From Eledone cirrhosa (taxonomy: Eukaryota), in assembly GCA_964016885.1 (NCBI GenBank), contig OZ024740.1:238390001-238454000 (forward strand): a stretch of 64,000 nt of DNA, in the 5' to 3' direction. The position numbers and the translations under genes were made by a program. Shown piece after piece: positions 1-13,070 of this stretch (position 1 is the stretch's first letter; each line of letters begins with the position of its first letter). The notes beneath the pieces were generated by a model. It did no database searches, was not told where the DNA came from, and worked only from the letters and a program-made list of their open reading frames with translations.

Positions 1-471
1 GTGCTGAATCTTGCTGCCACACATACGGCCTACCTGCAGCTACCTGGTCAATCCAGGGCTTTACTACCTCGCTCAGAACGCAGATGTAGCCATCTGTGTT
101 CAGCTTGAGGCTCTCGGGGAAGAAGTGAGGTGGCATGACGTCACCTTGACTGCTGACGACACCTAAGATCAATGTTGTTGCTGAAAACTTTGTCTACATG
201 ACTCTGGGCACGTCTTTGGATGAGACGGCGAGCAACCTGTTGTTCTGGGAGTTGATCTTCTGATCTTATTTGTCCTCCCGGCGCGGATTCCAAGAACTCC
301 GTGTCTCTTCCACAAATTTGGAGGTTCAAAATTATTCATAATCAATTATTCTGAAAATAAATAATGGAAATATAGTCAGTTTTTATGAAGACAAGAGTGA
401 CAACGGAAGTAAAAAGAAATTTGCATAAAATTAGCAGTTGAAAATTGTGAACAAATCTCGTCCACACCCTG
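1..471 (-). mobile_element. Tc1/mariner-superfamily (maT/DD37D-like) DNA transposon, internally deleted, continues past window start
   Basis: Minus strand begins TA|CAGGGTGTGGACGAG (TA at 472-473, terminus at 471). ATG at 339 gives MNNFEPPNLWKRHGVLGIRAGRTN. After a deletion junction (~266) it reads DQKINSQNNRLLAVSSKDVPRVM*TKFSATTLILGVVSSQGDVMPPHFFPESLKLNTDGYICVLSEVVKPWIDQVAAGRPYVWQQDSA, typical catalytic-region motifs with one in-frame stop. Confidence 0.88.
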
Positions 472-483
472 TATGTGTGTGTG

Positions 484-528
<45 letters not shown>
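472..528. repeat. (TG)n/(TA)n microsatellite
   Basis: Directly visible, abuts the transposon TA target. Confidence 0.95.
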
Positions 529-532
<4 letters not shown>

Positions 533-539
533 GTAAAAA

Positions 540-775
540 TCCCCTTCGAGGCACAAGCCCAGGCAAGGTATTTTTGTGGAAGACCAGTAGTCACACATTC
601 TTGCCAGTCTCCCCCTTCCATGCCACCGATGTTGTCCAAGGGAAAGGCAATGGCTGATACAGCTTGGCACTAATGATGTTGCAATTTATTTCTACAACTG
701 AGTGAACTGGAGTGACATGAAATAGTGTCTTGCTCAAGGATACAATGCATCACCTAGTCTGTGAATCCAACTCTA
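540..775 (-). mobile_element. SINE (family with TTGAGCAAGACAC core), degenerate
   Basis: Near-colinear with 37830-38095 (GAGGCACAAGCCCAGGCAA...TTGTCCAAGGGAAAGGCAA...GTGTCTTGCTCAAGGA). The reverse complement of the core also occurs at ~6287 and ~6798. Confidence 0.7.
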
Positions 776-1056
776 ACTACTAAGACTCGTGGCTACACAC
801 ACATACTACACACCATGCTACACTGTATATGGTTAGGAATAGCATATGAAGATCAGCAGTGCTGAGAAGCTTGATACTGTTGGAATGTGTCAAAACAGTA
901 GTGATCTCCAGTTGACAGGTGGTGAAGTGAATATTTCATTGTGCAAGCTGTATCTAAGTTAAAATATAAATATAGAAATTTATTTGAAGATGTGGGTATC
1001 CCAAATGCTGAAAATAGCAAACAACAATGGATCTGTATAAATATCTCAGAAAACTA

Positions 1057-1283
1057 GGGTCTGTTTACACTGTATGGCCAAACATATTATTGTAAACTTG
1101 TTTACAAATACAATCTCAATCACATTGTGTCAGTACTTCAGTTAATATATAACTTTATGAATTATCAAAGTGCTTGGATGATTTGAAATTTGAGGTGGGA
1201 ATCCCAAATGCAGAAAATAACTAACAGTCAATTGCTATAAATAATAGCTTTGAAAGTTTTTGGCCATACTGTGTAAACATCCC
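1057..1283. mobile_element. MITE with ~25-bp TIRs (PIF/Harbinger-like GGG terminus)
   Basis: GGGTCTGTTTACACTGTATGGCCAAAA at 1057 vs TTTTGGCCATACTGTGTAAACATCCC ending 1283. TSD not intact. Confidence 0.65.
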
Positions 1284-1291
1284 TTGGTTAA

Positions 1292-1503
1292 CCCTTTAGC
1301 ATTTACATTACTCTATATATACTATCGTATTTTTGTGGTAAAAACTCTTACATAATTATCTCAAATATTGAATCTACAAGATTTTAATGTTATTTATTTT
1401 GAGAGCAATACCTTAATATGAGTATGAATAGCCAGTTATAGCCAGTTTCAACAGAAAGGTGAGAGAATTCTGGCAAGATACAGCTGATTTAAATGCTAAA
1501 GGG
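1292..1503. mobile_element. piggyBac-like MITE (TTAA target, CCCTTTAGCATTTA TIRs)
   Basis: TTAA|CCCTTTAGCATTTA ... TAAATGCTAAAGGG|TTAA. Homologous copies at 25857-26040 and 40878-41082. Confidence 0.85.
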
Positions 1504-1716
1504 TTAAACCACATGGCTTCATAATTGACTCATCTGCAACCAATACAAAGTAATGAATTCCTGATTTTGGCTTTAATAAAAGCTGAACCATGTAGGTCTG
1601 TATCTTTGGTTTCTCAAAAGCCTGTAGCATGGCTAAAATTATATTTATTGAATGTAACTCTGTTTACAAATTTAATGTATGTATATGTATACTGAGAAAT
1701 TGTTATCTGGTAACAG

Positions 1717-1846
1717 GTTAGACAAACTCCGGCACCATCTGATGCCATTGTACAGTTTTGATCCAGCTGCTGTAGATGAAGACCAAGATTGGGAATGTGA
1801 ACTATTAGATGGAGATAAAGAACAACATGTTGCTCTGAGATCTGAG
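1717..1846 (+). CDS. SMIM29: Internal coding exon of SMIM29/C6orf1-like small integral membrane protein
   Basis: AACAG| acceptor and GAG|GTAAGT donor, phase 2 to phase 0. Encodes (R)LDKLRHHLMPLYSFDPAAVDEDQDWECELLDGDKEQHVALRSE, matching from memory the human SMIM29 motif [20 protein letters not shown]. The transmembrane exon(s) must lie upstream of the window. Confidence 0.85.
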
Positions 1847-3730
1847 GTAAGTATGATGGAAAACCTTTCTAGAATATTTTTGTTTTGTTTTCTTTACTAC
1901 AAAAACTGTATATATTTTAATTAACAGCATATCATCTTTTCTTCTCCCACTTGTTCTGAGAGGGTCATGGGGGCAGAGTCCTCAAACACTCTCTCCACGG
2001 GTCCTGTCTTGATAATATACAAATCAAATTTTGTTACTTATGAAGCCATTGTTTTAACCATTATCACTGCATCTAGGCATGAATTAGATAGTTTTGCCTA
2101 TACATATTTTACATTTCTCTTATTGTTTCAGTGGGTCTGTCTTTATCCTACCTTCTCTTTACACTTTCACCAGGATACATGGTGTACAAACATGACAATA
2201 TTTGTGATTGTTAATTTACAATTAGTGTAACTAGTCATACTTCATTCTCAACCTACCAATGCTAGGCTTATCATTGCTGATGGTCTCTTATGGAGATCAC
2301 ATCCTCAACAAAGACTATATCATAAATACTGGACTACCAATTCAATGCTGATGAGGTTGCTATTGTTTTTTAAAACATCTTAGATTTCACTAAAAAACAA
2401 CAACCTTATATTTCCCTAGTGTTGGTGTTGCAATAAAATGCACCCAGTAGTGTGGGATTTTATGTTGAGACCCCTGGCCCATCTAAGGTCAGTAGCTTTG
2501 CTTAACCAGTATGTGACAACACATCCAACTCTTGCCTGAGGGAAAATGGAGTTTAAATGATGTGAGGACTTTTATTTCAATTTTTTACATGTCCAAGAGA
2601 AATATTTTATTTATCCAACAATATTGAGAATGTATGTTCAACTGAGTTTAAATTTACTAATGTCAATTTTTAAATTTTGTAAATGTATTTTTTTTAATAC
2701 TTCATAGTTGATTTTTCTATAGAAAATCCATTAAAGTAAATGCTTTTCCTCTGAGGAGCATTCACAAACTGTGATTGTCACAAATTATGATTCAATGATA
2801 TACTAACCTTTTTTTTTTTTAAATAACAAAATATACACCTTTCTCTATAAAATATTGTTTTCTAAACCTAATATATATTTTCTACCATCTCCAGCCAAGC
2901 AGTACTCTGACACAATTCTAGGATTGGATGAGAAAGCAGTACCTATGTGCCATCTTTTGTTAGAATTAAGTTTCTGTTATGCTAAGATAGAATAAGAAGC
3001 TGCAGCAAATTTTATTATTGGCTAGCGATGAGGGAGGGAGTTATTTCTGTAGAAGTTCTGTTCTACAATTTCCTTCACCAATAGCATATCTCTTTTAATA
3101 CCAACCTACTCCAAACTATTTCTTGTTATATGAAAGAAGACCACTCATTTTAAAGGGCTCTTGTGTAAATTAAAAACTTCCAACATAATTTGATATGAAA
3201 ACCTTTTAAGTTACAAATGCCATTTTAATAATGAGATAATTTGAGTAAATCCTTCTAAATTCTTCATTAATTAATTGAAATACAGTGTATTATGAGGAGG
3301 ATGATGATGATGCATGTCATTAGAAAAAAATATGATCATAAAATAGTTAATGTTTTAATGCATATGATGTGCCTTGTACAAAGCTGGGCATTTTTTTTTT
3401 TTTTTGTAGTGGGGGAGGGGGCATTCATCTTTTAAAATGTCCTCTGTTTTAAGATTTAGGTATAGCAATTGTAGAAAGATCATTTTACTTATATTTGAAT
3501 TTCTTAACTTTGAAAATAACTATAAGTATGTTCCTTATAATAATTCTAATCCAATTTATAATCCTCTAAGAAATTTTAATTTCTATTTATACAATTGCAC
3601 ACAGTTCTCACCATTTGAAAGTTTTAGCTTTCTGCATTTTTCTATTTTGCTGCTGAAAACTAACAAGGAGAATGTGTTCAACGTTCCACCTCTAAACGAT
3701 AATAAACTATTCTTTATCTCTTCCCTTTAG

Positions 3731-3833
3731 CGCTGTGAGTCTTATAAAAGCCTTCTGCAATGTTCGCATGGTAGCATGCTGACGTGAATACTTTCATATC
3801 TGCTGCTGCTAGTACTTCCTTCCTGGTCCCAAG
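3731..3833 (+). other. Candidate alternative cassette exon with in-frame stop (RCESYKSLLQCSHGSMLT*)
   Basis: CTAAAC branch-like motif, pyrimidine tract TTCTTTATCTCTTCCCTTTAG|, donor AAG|GTAGGT. TGA at 3785-3787 in the SMIM29 frame. Confidence 0.35.
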
Positions 3834-4918
3834 GTAGGTTCACTGGGGTCACTTTCTTCATCCCAATCACATTCCTCCACCTCCTCCTCTTTGCCTTAAT
3901 TGATAAAGATGATAATACATATGCTGATATTTAATGTCACGCTATCTACAAAGTGGTAGTATGCCATGTTCTAAGTCTCTGTGACATTATTTTTTTTGCT
4001 AATGACATCATCATCATTTTAGCTAATTGCTAGAAGAGAATCAGTGCTGTCATAGAATTTGAAATTCTTTATAGCAAACAGGTTTCTCTGGTAGAATGCC
4101 TTAATATATCAAATTGACTGATAACATAGAAGGATTTCTGTATATCTGTTTATAAATTTATAACCAGGAATCACATTTAACTTAGCTTTCTAACAAAACA
4201 ATAGTCCCCAACTAAAGTCACTGTATTTTCCTTTTATTTCTTGTTACTCTTTTCTCTAGTATTCTACTGGAACATTTCATCTGTACAGATATTATTTACT
4301 TGTATGTCCATTGTCCCTTTATGTAGCCCTAGTAACTCTGCACCTTTTAGTTCATAAAGATTAGGGATTGTACATCATAGTAAATCTTGGGACACCCTCT
4401 TTTTAGAAAAAGGTTTTTGATCTATCCTAGACACAGCTTTTCCTTTTGCTTGTGAAAGTTTTATTTTAATGCTTCTTTTCTACTTACTGTATTCTTTCAT
4501 TGCTTTCAGAAAATTAAAATATTTTGTTAAAGTCAATGTCAATTTTACTACACTGGAACAAAAAGCATGTTCACTAATGTTTTTAAAATCTTTTTTCACA
4601 TTTTAAGAATTCTTCAATTTTCAAAATGTCTGCTCAAGAATTATTACCAAATGCACAAAATATTAATTATAAACAATAAAGTGGATTGGTACTTTCACTG
4701 AAGTGTCAAACAAATGCCTCTTGCTAAGGTCAACTTTGCTTTTCATCCTTCAGAGATTGATAAAATAAAGTACCAGGGTCATATAATCAACTTAAAAACA
4801 TCTTGCCTATAATGTAAGAAATCATTATATTAAACAATATTTAATATTCTTTAGATCAGAATATTAACTTTAGTAGCATTTGTAATCTTGTCTAAAGTTT
4901 TATTAAATGTGTAAGTAT

Positions 4919-4921
<3 letters not shown>

Positions 4922-4958
<37 letters not shown>
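4922..4958. repeat. (TG)n microsatellite
   Basis: Directly visible. Confidence 0.95.
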
Positions 4959-4961
<3 letters not shown>

Positions 4962-6714
4962 ACTGTGGACATTTATATGTATCATCAATTAATTTAAATA
5001 AGCCTTCAAAATATATTTTCAGATTTAGAGGTCTGGCAGGCATTTAACATATTCTCTATGCTGGCTTTCTACCTCAAAATAATAGAATAATGCAACTAAA
5101 ACCTACAAATGAGAATTATGGTATAATTGTGTGCATAGAAAACTGACGATTTTTGATTAAAATTATTTTAAAGAATATATGTTTAAAAGATTTTGAAGGT
5201 GTATATTTTCAGTTATTCTGAAAGCAAAGGCATTGAAATAGAATTAAAGATTTTTCTATAATTTTTGTCCATACATTTGAATATGTATTGTAAGAGTTGG
5301 AACATTAATCATCAATGTTATTTATAGCATATCAAGTGTTTCCATATCAAAAATTGTAGTAGGATCTCACCCATGACAAGATAATCATTCATAATAAAAT
5401 ATTGTGTGCATGTGTGTATATAGTAAAGTATTACTTTTTAGGAAAAACAAGCAAGGAGTGAGTAGAAATTTAGAGATTTATTTGATTATATAATCTAACA
5501 TGTGTTTCATCACTGATTGTATAATTGTGTACGGGAGCTTAATAGAGATATTTTTTCTATTCATTCACTCTCGTTACATTTCACTGGCAAATCCTCAGAG
5601 AAAAATAATACAATGTTTTTTTAGGGTATTAGTGTAGAAGGGAAAAAGAAAGTGATGTAGATAATAACCTAGGCTTCAAGTATTTTTGGTACTGTTGGAA
5701 TAAGAAATGTCATTGGCTAAGAAGGAATTATTCTCTAGATCAGTCTGTCTGTAACACTTTAAAATTACCACACATACCGAAAATGCATTTCCTATTTCAG
5801 TTGTGTTGCTACAAGACATTCACTTTCAATCAGAAGATCCTGTAAATAGTTATTTCTCTATAGCTACTCATACATGTCATGCTGTATGTCATTTGTACAT
5901 ATATGCTGCACATTTATGTAATTATATCCTAGAAATAAATTATTAAAATATCATTCTTATCTTTAATCATTTCTGTGTGTCAGTAATTAACATAAATTGT
6001 TGAGTTTCTCTTATGCAAAACATTATCAAAATGCAAATTTTCCAGTTTGTATGATTGTTCAAATAACTGGTTATCTTGGTATATTGTATACCAATTCTGA
6101 ACTAAAAAAATTACACAGCCTTTTACAATCTGAGTTCAAAGTAGCTTGTGACATCCCTGTTTAGTAATTCATCCCCTCAAATAGGAAAATGATTGTTTTA
6201 GTTATATATCCATAGTGGTTAGAGAACTGGAATCAAAATTGTGAGGTTGAGAGTTCAATTCCCAAACTGGCCAATGCATTATGTTCTTGAGCAAGACACT
6301 TTATTTCATGTTCTGCCAGGAATTGCAACCAGTAGAGTATTAGCAATGAGAAGACCAATGGAAACATTGTTTCCTTTGTCCAGTTTGACAAGTTCCACCC
6401 CATTTGTTAAGCAAACGGAGTCTGGCATCTTGTTAATTGATCAATCCATGATCAAAACTGGAAGCTCTATAACTGTCACTTTTATGTTAAATGATATTAT
6501 CTATATATATTTTATAACTTGCTTTCTAAAATTTACTTAATTCACTTTTCCAAAAAGTAAATCTACATATTAAACTATAAATCTGTTCAAGAAATTTTCT
6601 CCTTATTTATAAATACTAAATTCAATAATACTTGACATATAAGAAATGGAACTGCAAATATTTTAGGAGTAGAAATCATTAATCATTCTAAATAAACATA
6701 ACCTATTCCGTAGA

Positions 6715-6990
6715 GTCACGTGGTCAAGTGGTGTGTGCATTGGACTTACAATCATAATGTCATGGGTTTGATTCCTGGACTGAGTTGTGTTGTGTTCTTG
6801 AGCAAAACATTTCATTTCACATTGTTCCAGTATACTCAACTAAAAATGAGTACCAGCAATAGCTGGGGGTTTGACCCTGCGATGGTATGGTGGCCTGTCT
6901 TGTACCCTGTCACTTAGTACCATGTAAACTGAGATAAGCACTAGCCTGATGGACCTTTGGGCTTGAGACAGATTAACTATTTCACTCTTA
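6715..6990 (+). mobile_element. tRNA-derived SINE, degenerate (related fragments ~6210-6310, ~21215-21300, ~40640-40870)
   Basis: A-box-like TGGTCAAGTGG, B-box-like GGTTTGATTCC, then TTCTTGAGCAAAACATTTCATTTCAC core. Confidence 0.6.
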
Positions 6991-7719
6991 AAGAATTTAC
7001 ACAGGTGTGGGATCTAAGATGTGAATATATTTTGGAAATATGTATTACTTATAATTCTGTGAAAATGGCCAGATTTTTAAAACATTATTTTTCTTTTCAT
7101 GCTTGCTTCTTTAAAATTAACACGAGTGAACCTTCCTTTAAATTTGGTTCTGCTTAAGTCAAATTTATAATTTCTTAAACCTGAAAATTTTAAAGAAAAT
7201 AAACTAACCCAAATCTCACCAAAAAAGGATAAGTTTTGACATTGTAGCCATGAGTGATTTTTCTAAAGGTCACGATTACTGTTTCTCTGACTAATTAATG
7301 TAAAAATAACATTCCAGCTTTGGTGAAGCAATACAAGTTTTAGTCACATTTCAAATCAAGTTTATAAATTTTAAAATGATAGGTTTGTCCATGATTTAAC
7401 TGTTTGATATCAAACCACCTGAAATTGCTCCTGTTTTTTACAATATAAAACAGTTTGTTTTAAAATGTTTTTATATATCTAAAAACCTTCCATCATAATT
7501 TTATGTAAGAACATTTAAACTATGCTGCAAACAACAGCTTAGTAGTGAGAAAGTTATATTACTAAATCTTGCCAAATTCTGGATTTTCCAAATTGTTTGA
7601 AAATCAGACAGTTTCTTTCATTAGAAATATGGTAACAGATTAAGCAGGTGTATATTTTAGAGACTAAAATATAAATTGAAATCAAAGTTATAAGGTGTCT
7701 TATTCAGTATTAAATAATG

Positions 7720-7870
7720 TGGCAAATTGGCAGTCATTAGAATGTTGGATAGTACATTGCAGTATTTGTTCCGGTTCTCTGAGTTCAAATCCTACTTGGG
7801 TCAACTTTGCCTTTCATCCATTCGAGGTCAATAAAAAAAAAAGATGTACCAGCCTATTCTGGGGCCAATT
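7720..7870 (+). mobile_element. tRNA-derived SINE, degenerate copy of the 26211 family
   Basis: TTGGCAG...TCTGAGTTCAAATCC...GTCAACTTTGCCTTTCATCC...GTACCAG. Confidence 0.75.
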
Positions 7871-8970
7871 CTTTCTCTATATCTCTTATTTCAATTCTCT
7901 CACTCTCTACCCTTCTCTTAAAGAAATCTGCTGTATTCAGACTTGGAGGGAAGATGGACTCCACCAGGTTTTAAAATGCCTCAAAAATGCTGTATGCCCC
8001 TACAACTCTCTCGGGAGAGATTAAATGATTTAATGCTGAACACTTTGAGAATATGATTAGTGTTGATACAATGAAGCAATTTTGTACAGGATAACTAATG
8101 ACTCTTCATTTCATTTTATGTCAGCTTTCTATGCTGGCATGAGTTGTCATGGTTTGAGACAGGATGGGCTGGAAAATCTCATCTCACTCATTCTATTATT
8201 GTCGTGGTTTTTTACAACTGGATGGCTTTCCTAACATCAATGACTTTATAGTGTATACTGGGTGATTTTTATCATGGTACCAGCAAACTGTTATCACACA
8301 ATTATATATTTCTAATTTGACTGAACCAAAGCAGATGTCTTCACTAAAGTGAAATTGTGTATTACCAACTAACCATGTACATGCCAATAAAATTGTACGC
8401 TGACTGGTCTAAACCTAATGGTACAGTTTCCTTGACAGATAGACAAGCTGCTGTAGATACATTGTTTCTAATTTATAAATTGGATATTGTCTTTCTTAAC
8501 AGAATTTGAACTTGATAATGTAATTAATAGAATTATTTAGAGAGCAGATGCTACGCCAGGTAAGGGTGTGTGATGCTAGTTGTTAATTTAACTATATTAA
8601 GTGTAATGTCCAAATATTGTTGTTTAGACCCAAACCAACCTCGACTGAACAGTCTTATGATCAAAGGTGCTCCTGTGTTACCACCACATCTATTTATGTA
8701 TATATACATCTTTTTAAGACAAAGAGGTATGATTTAAGGAAGTTTGAGCTACTTTTTCTAACAGATCAAGTAACTGTATAAGGACTCTTGTTAGTTTAAA
8801 GTGTCTGTCTCATTTAGTTATACTTGGGTGTGCCACAGCAATAAATAGTAGTTTAATTTAGATGTCTGTATTTAGAACAGTGAGAGTAACTAAGAAACGT
8901 TTTGTAGTTCATAACTGACATTTAGCAATTGATATTAACTTCTTTTGTCTATTTGTTCTTCTTTTTCCAG

Positions 8971-9030
8971 AGCCCAAGTTTCAGACATGCACCCAAGCTG
9001 AAATTTTCTACAGATCATTCTGAACTGTAA
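8971..9030 (+). CDS. SMIM29: Probable terminal coding exon of SMIM29-like gene (SPSFRHAPKLKFSTDHSEL*)
   Basis: Very strong acceptor TCTTTTGTCTATTTGTTCTTCTTTTTCCAG|. Phase 0 matches the 1846 donor. TAA at 9028-9030, followed by T-rich UTR-like sequence. C-terminal length fits SMIM29. Confidence 0.65.
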   Translation, partial: SPSFRHAPKLKFSTDHSEL

Positions 9031-10106
9031 GAATATTTTATCTCTGGAAGCTAATTCTTTTTACAAATCCAGAATCACCAACTTCCTTCTCCGTTGTGTC
9101 AGTTCCAGTATTCTCCAGTATGTCTTTTGCTTTTGACATCATTCTCCAGCACAATATTGTTGACAAAAGTTCAATCTCTGAAAAAGACTCCACACACAAA
9201 AAAGAAAGAAAGAAAGAAAGAGGACATGTAAACATGTTATAACTATTTTTGTTGTTATTTTTTTTTTGTTATTTATTGATTTATTCTTTTATTGTTCAGA
9301 ATTTGTTTATAGATTTGATCAACCAGCCTTTATTTTATTTTATTTATTTATTTATTTATTTTTCCTCAAATGTCTAGATTTCCTAAAAGCAAGATGTTTT
9401 GACAGGTTAGAAAATTCAGCATATTCTAGTATTTGTTTTCCTATTTTCTATATAGGTTTTTATTAGTAGGTACAAAGATTATTTAACTCTCTATGGAATC
9501 AAATTATAGTTATTTTAATTAGATTCTCGACAAAAGTGGAGGTCTTGCCAGGTGGTGCTATTAAATTAGACATGGCCTGGCCCAATACTGGCCGAAACCT
9601 ATCAAAGTTAAGTTAAAAAATATTAGTCAATACATTTTTTTCTCATACAAAATCCAATATATATAGATCTGTTTTGGGGGTTTAAAATCCATTATGAGCT
9701 GTTGTGTTAATTCAGCTGCTCATTTTTTACCAACTTATTTGCTATTTCAATAAGCTTCTTCAGTAAACTTATCTCTAACAGTTCTAAGTGACATACAAAT
9801 GGTTAATCAGATGAAGCATTAAAGGATTGTATTCGAGACAACCCTCTTGTTTTATTTTCTAAATATTTAATAAGAATTTTTCTCCAAACCTTCCAAAATG
9901 TTGTTTAGAATGTTTCTTAATAACATTTTTTAGTTCAAATGCTTGTATCCTTTGATTTTAGTAAGCATATCTCCAGGCGTTCTCTTTAGCTTCCTATGAA
10001 ATTAGAAAGTATTTTACATTGTAAACATGCCGACCATTTTGAAAGTTAAGATTTACTTCTATTTAGTTCTGTCAATCTTGATTATTTAGTAAGTCTGAAC
10101 ATAAAC

Positions 10107-10144
<38 letters not shown>

Positions 10145-11702
10145 ACTATAAATCTTTTCACCAATAATGGTTGAAATATTTTCATTGAACAAGCCTTCCA
10201 AATTTCTCTTGCAATGTTTCAATGCTGAAGATAACCTTTTAAAATCTGGTCTCTTGTATTTGTCCATGTTATTTACCAACTTATTACAAACATTTGATTT
10301 TCCTATTTAAATCATCATAAATTTGTGTATTTTGTTAATTAATTACTATTTTTAAGAAAATGACAAAATATTTATCAAACATTCCAGTATATACACTTAC
10401 CCATTTTCAGTTAGAAAATGTTTTGTTGTTTCCAATGTTCTAGGCACTTCTGCACATTTGTCAGTGCTGTGTTGCTGTTTCCAGTGTGGTCAACACAATT
10501 TTTCAATTTGGGTTCTCTTTTTCACCCACAGAAAAAACAAACATATGTAAACACACATCCACACTTACACATGTCTACCTACATGGTCAAGCTTATAACT
10601 CCAGTCCACCCATGACCACATTTCTAAGTGCCTAATCCAATGTTTTGCTCAATATTTATTGCTTATGTTTTTGTTTTGTTTTTTAATTGGAAGCAACCCA
10701 ATGTTGCTAAAAATTCTCCTAATTTTTCTCTTCTAGCTTTACATCTGATTTCTAGTTTTAGGTCAATTGACTGTTTTAACTTTCTCATCTCCACCCTCAT
10801 GTCATAACTACAGTGATGTTGCTACCTCCCAGTGTAAATATTCAGTAATATGGCTGATGATCATATAGTTATTGTGATAGTTTAGGGTTGGTAACAAACA
10901 TTTATGGTCCATATAATGTTGTAGCCATGATGATGGCCTCTAACTCCTGTGAATTTGGACTCTTTGGTAAATATAACCACTGAATGTTTCTTCCCCCTTT
11001 TCTCTCTAAATATATTTCCATTATGTTCCACCATAGCATGACTTCTTGAGTAGCCCTTTACCACTATATGTTAAAGAATTAGTTCTTTCATCATGTAGCA
11101 CATTTCATTGACAATAATTATTATTCTGATAAGAAGTCATACCAATGGTTGAAGTTTAGAGAAATGACCAGTAGAACTGCTAACAGGTAGAACTAAATTG
11201 AAATAATTATTTGGATAGCAATAGAAAGATATGTAAAAAATTATGCACTTTTTAAGTGCAATATAAATAGTAAAAATATAATGTAAATGAAAATAGTCTC
11301 GGCATAGTGACATAATTATGTGTATGTGTAGGTAGGGGTTTTATCAGGGTAGGTGGTACTTTTGAGACACAGCAGACATTAACGGCAGCAAATATAGATC
11401 ATGTAGCTGTGTGAGTGATGAATTACAGAGCTACAGAACACAGGATTATAGACACTATATTAGTATTTACCTTGTTAAATTTGGACGATCAAAATAATAT
11501 TGATAGCAGGAAATTACAGATTTAGTAGTTGGAGGCGCATAAGAGAATGGCTGTTACCAGGAATCAATAATATAATATTTATATATTTTGATGTCAGTGT
11601 ATAATACTGATGGTTTTAAAACGTGAGTAAAAATTATTTGAACAAAAGCTTGTTATACTCTTAACAAAGTTGAGACCATATTTTGTTGTTGAATCAAAAG
11701 GA

Positions 11703-11777
11703 GTATATATATATACACGCACAAGCACACGCATGCTAGTGTGTGTGTGTGTGCTAGCTCTCTCTCTCTCTCTCTCG

Positions 11778-11821
<44 letters not shown>
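11703..11821. repeat. Compound microsatellite (TA)n-(TG)n-(CT)n-(TA)n
   Basis: Directly visible. Confidence 0.9.
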
Positions 11822-11824
<3 letters not shown>

Positions 11825-12689
11825 GTGATCAGCTTATGGCATTATCTACTATTTGGAATCTTCAGTATCTTTCCTGTAAAAATACTTGTACAATGTCTCC
11901 ATATTTAAGTGCTGTAGCTTAGATAAGACAATAGATTTTAATTCTCTTAAGAAGTGACATAGTAACAAGCTTTTGCAAGGATTCCACCCTCACTAATTAG
12001 TTGTTTAGCCCAAGGCCAACTCTGATCAAGCTGACCTGTGATCAAAGGCTTAGTCATTATGACCATCCCATCCTTTTAGGAGGTTTATAGGACTACATTA
12101 TCCAATTTATCTTTGTATTATTTAAGATGGTAGGGTGAGATTATTATGCTGGTGTTTGGAGCACAACTTAATAAAGATTTTTACATAAACTTATAATTGT
12201 TTTTTTTTTTTTGTGTTTTTTTTTTTTTTCGATAAAGCTAAACACTTTTAAACAAAGTTTTGCATCATAAAATCAATGGTGATTTCAGGCAGTTTGGTAT
12301 CAAAAATATTAATCCCTTATCTTAAAAAATAAAAGTGTGAAATAGGGTGTGATCATAACTCTGTGAAGATGTTCACTTTGCAACAATATCTTAGAACTTA
12401 AAGGGTAAGAAGAGTTGGGGGTTCCAGACAAAGCTTTGGGGAACTCTGTAAATAAGTTGTTTTTAAATTATTACTAACTATGGTAATATATTGTGATGTA
12501 AGATCTGAAATAATCCCATATCACCCCTTCAGCCCCATTCAGCCATATTTGATGGCGTCTTATTCTTAACACTATCAAATGTTTTATGTTGATTACTTTG
12601 ACTGTTAACTGTTCCAACCTGTGGACTGTAATCATGTTGGGTCACCATCAATGTTGTTGCTAAAATATACATAGTCCTCTTTCTCTGGT

Positions 12690-13070
12690 TGGCTTTTGAT
12701 GAACGGGACAGTTTGATATTGCTCTTCTCATTTGTGTTTCTTGCCATGGTGTAAGCTCATCTGGAATCTTAGGAAAATGTACAAGTGTTTCTTGATCGAT
12801 AGAAGGTATCTTAATGTTTTTGGTGGGGTATTGAAGAGCTGTGGACCTTTGAATCCTAACCCCTTGCAGTATCTGGTCCTTACTAGGCACTTGCAATGAA
12901 TTCTAGGGTTGGTGTAGCTTTCAAGGCCAAAGTTTTCTTGCCCTTCAAGGGAGTTTTATATATATATATATATATATAATCTTTTCCATTTTTACTCCTT
13001 CAGTCTCATCTTGCAGATCATTGAGGCAATCTTCTTGATGTAGCAACTTTAAATTGCTTGGATTTCCAGT
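12690..13070 (-). mobile_element. Degenerate LINE ORF2 C-terminal fragment (CR1-group-like)
   Basis: Minus-strand pieces IKKIASM, RLKE, LEGQENFGLESYTNPR, TRYCKGLGFKGPQLFNTPPKTL and KIPDE follow the order of this LINE C-terminus, with stops and frameshifts. Confidence 0.7.

Noticed and set aside
342-673. YIYIYI ORFs on both strands
   Set aside because: Translations of the (TA)n microsatellite and an adjacent SINE.
1679-1924. 81-aa single-exon ORF
   Set aside because: Only 1717-1846 is bounded by splice sites and homologous. The flanks are intronic.
5023-5060. Alternative SMIM29 acceptor at TTTTCAG|ATTTAG
   Set aside because: Weak pyrimidine tract, immediate stop and no further support.
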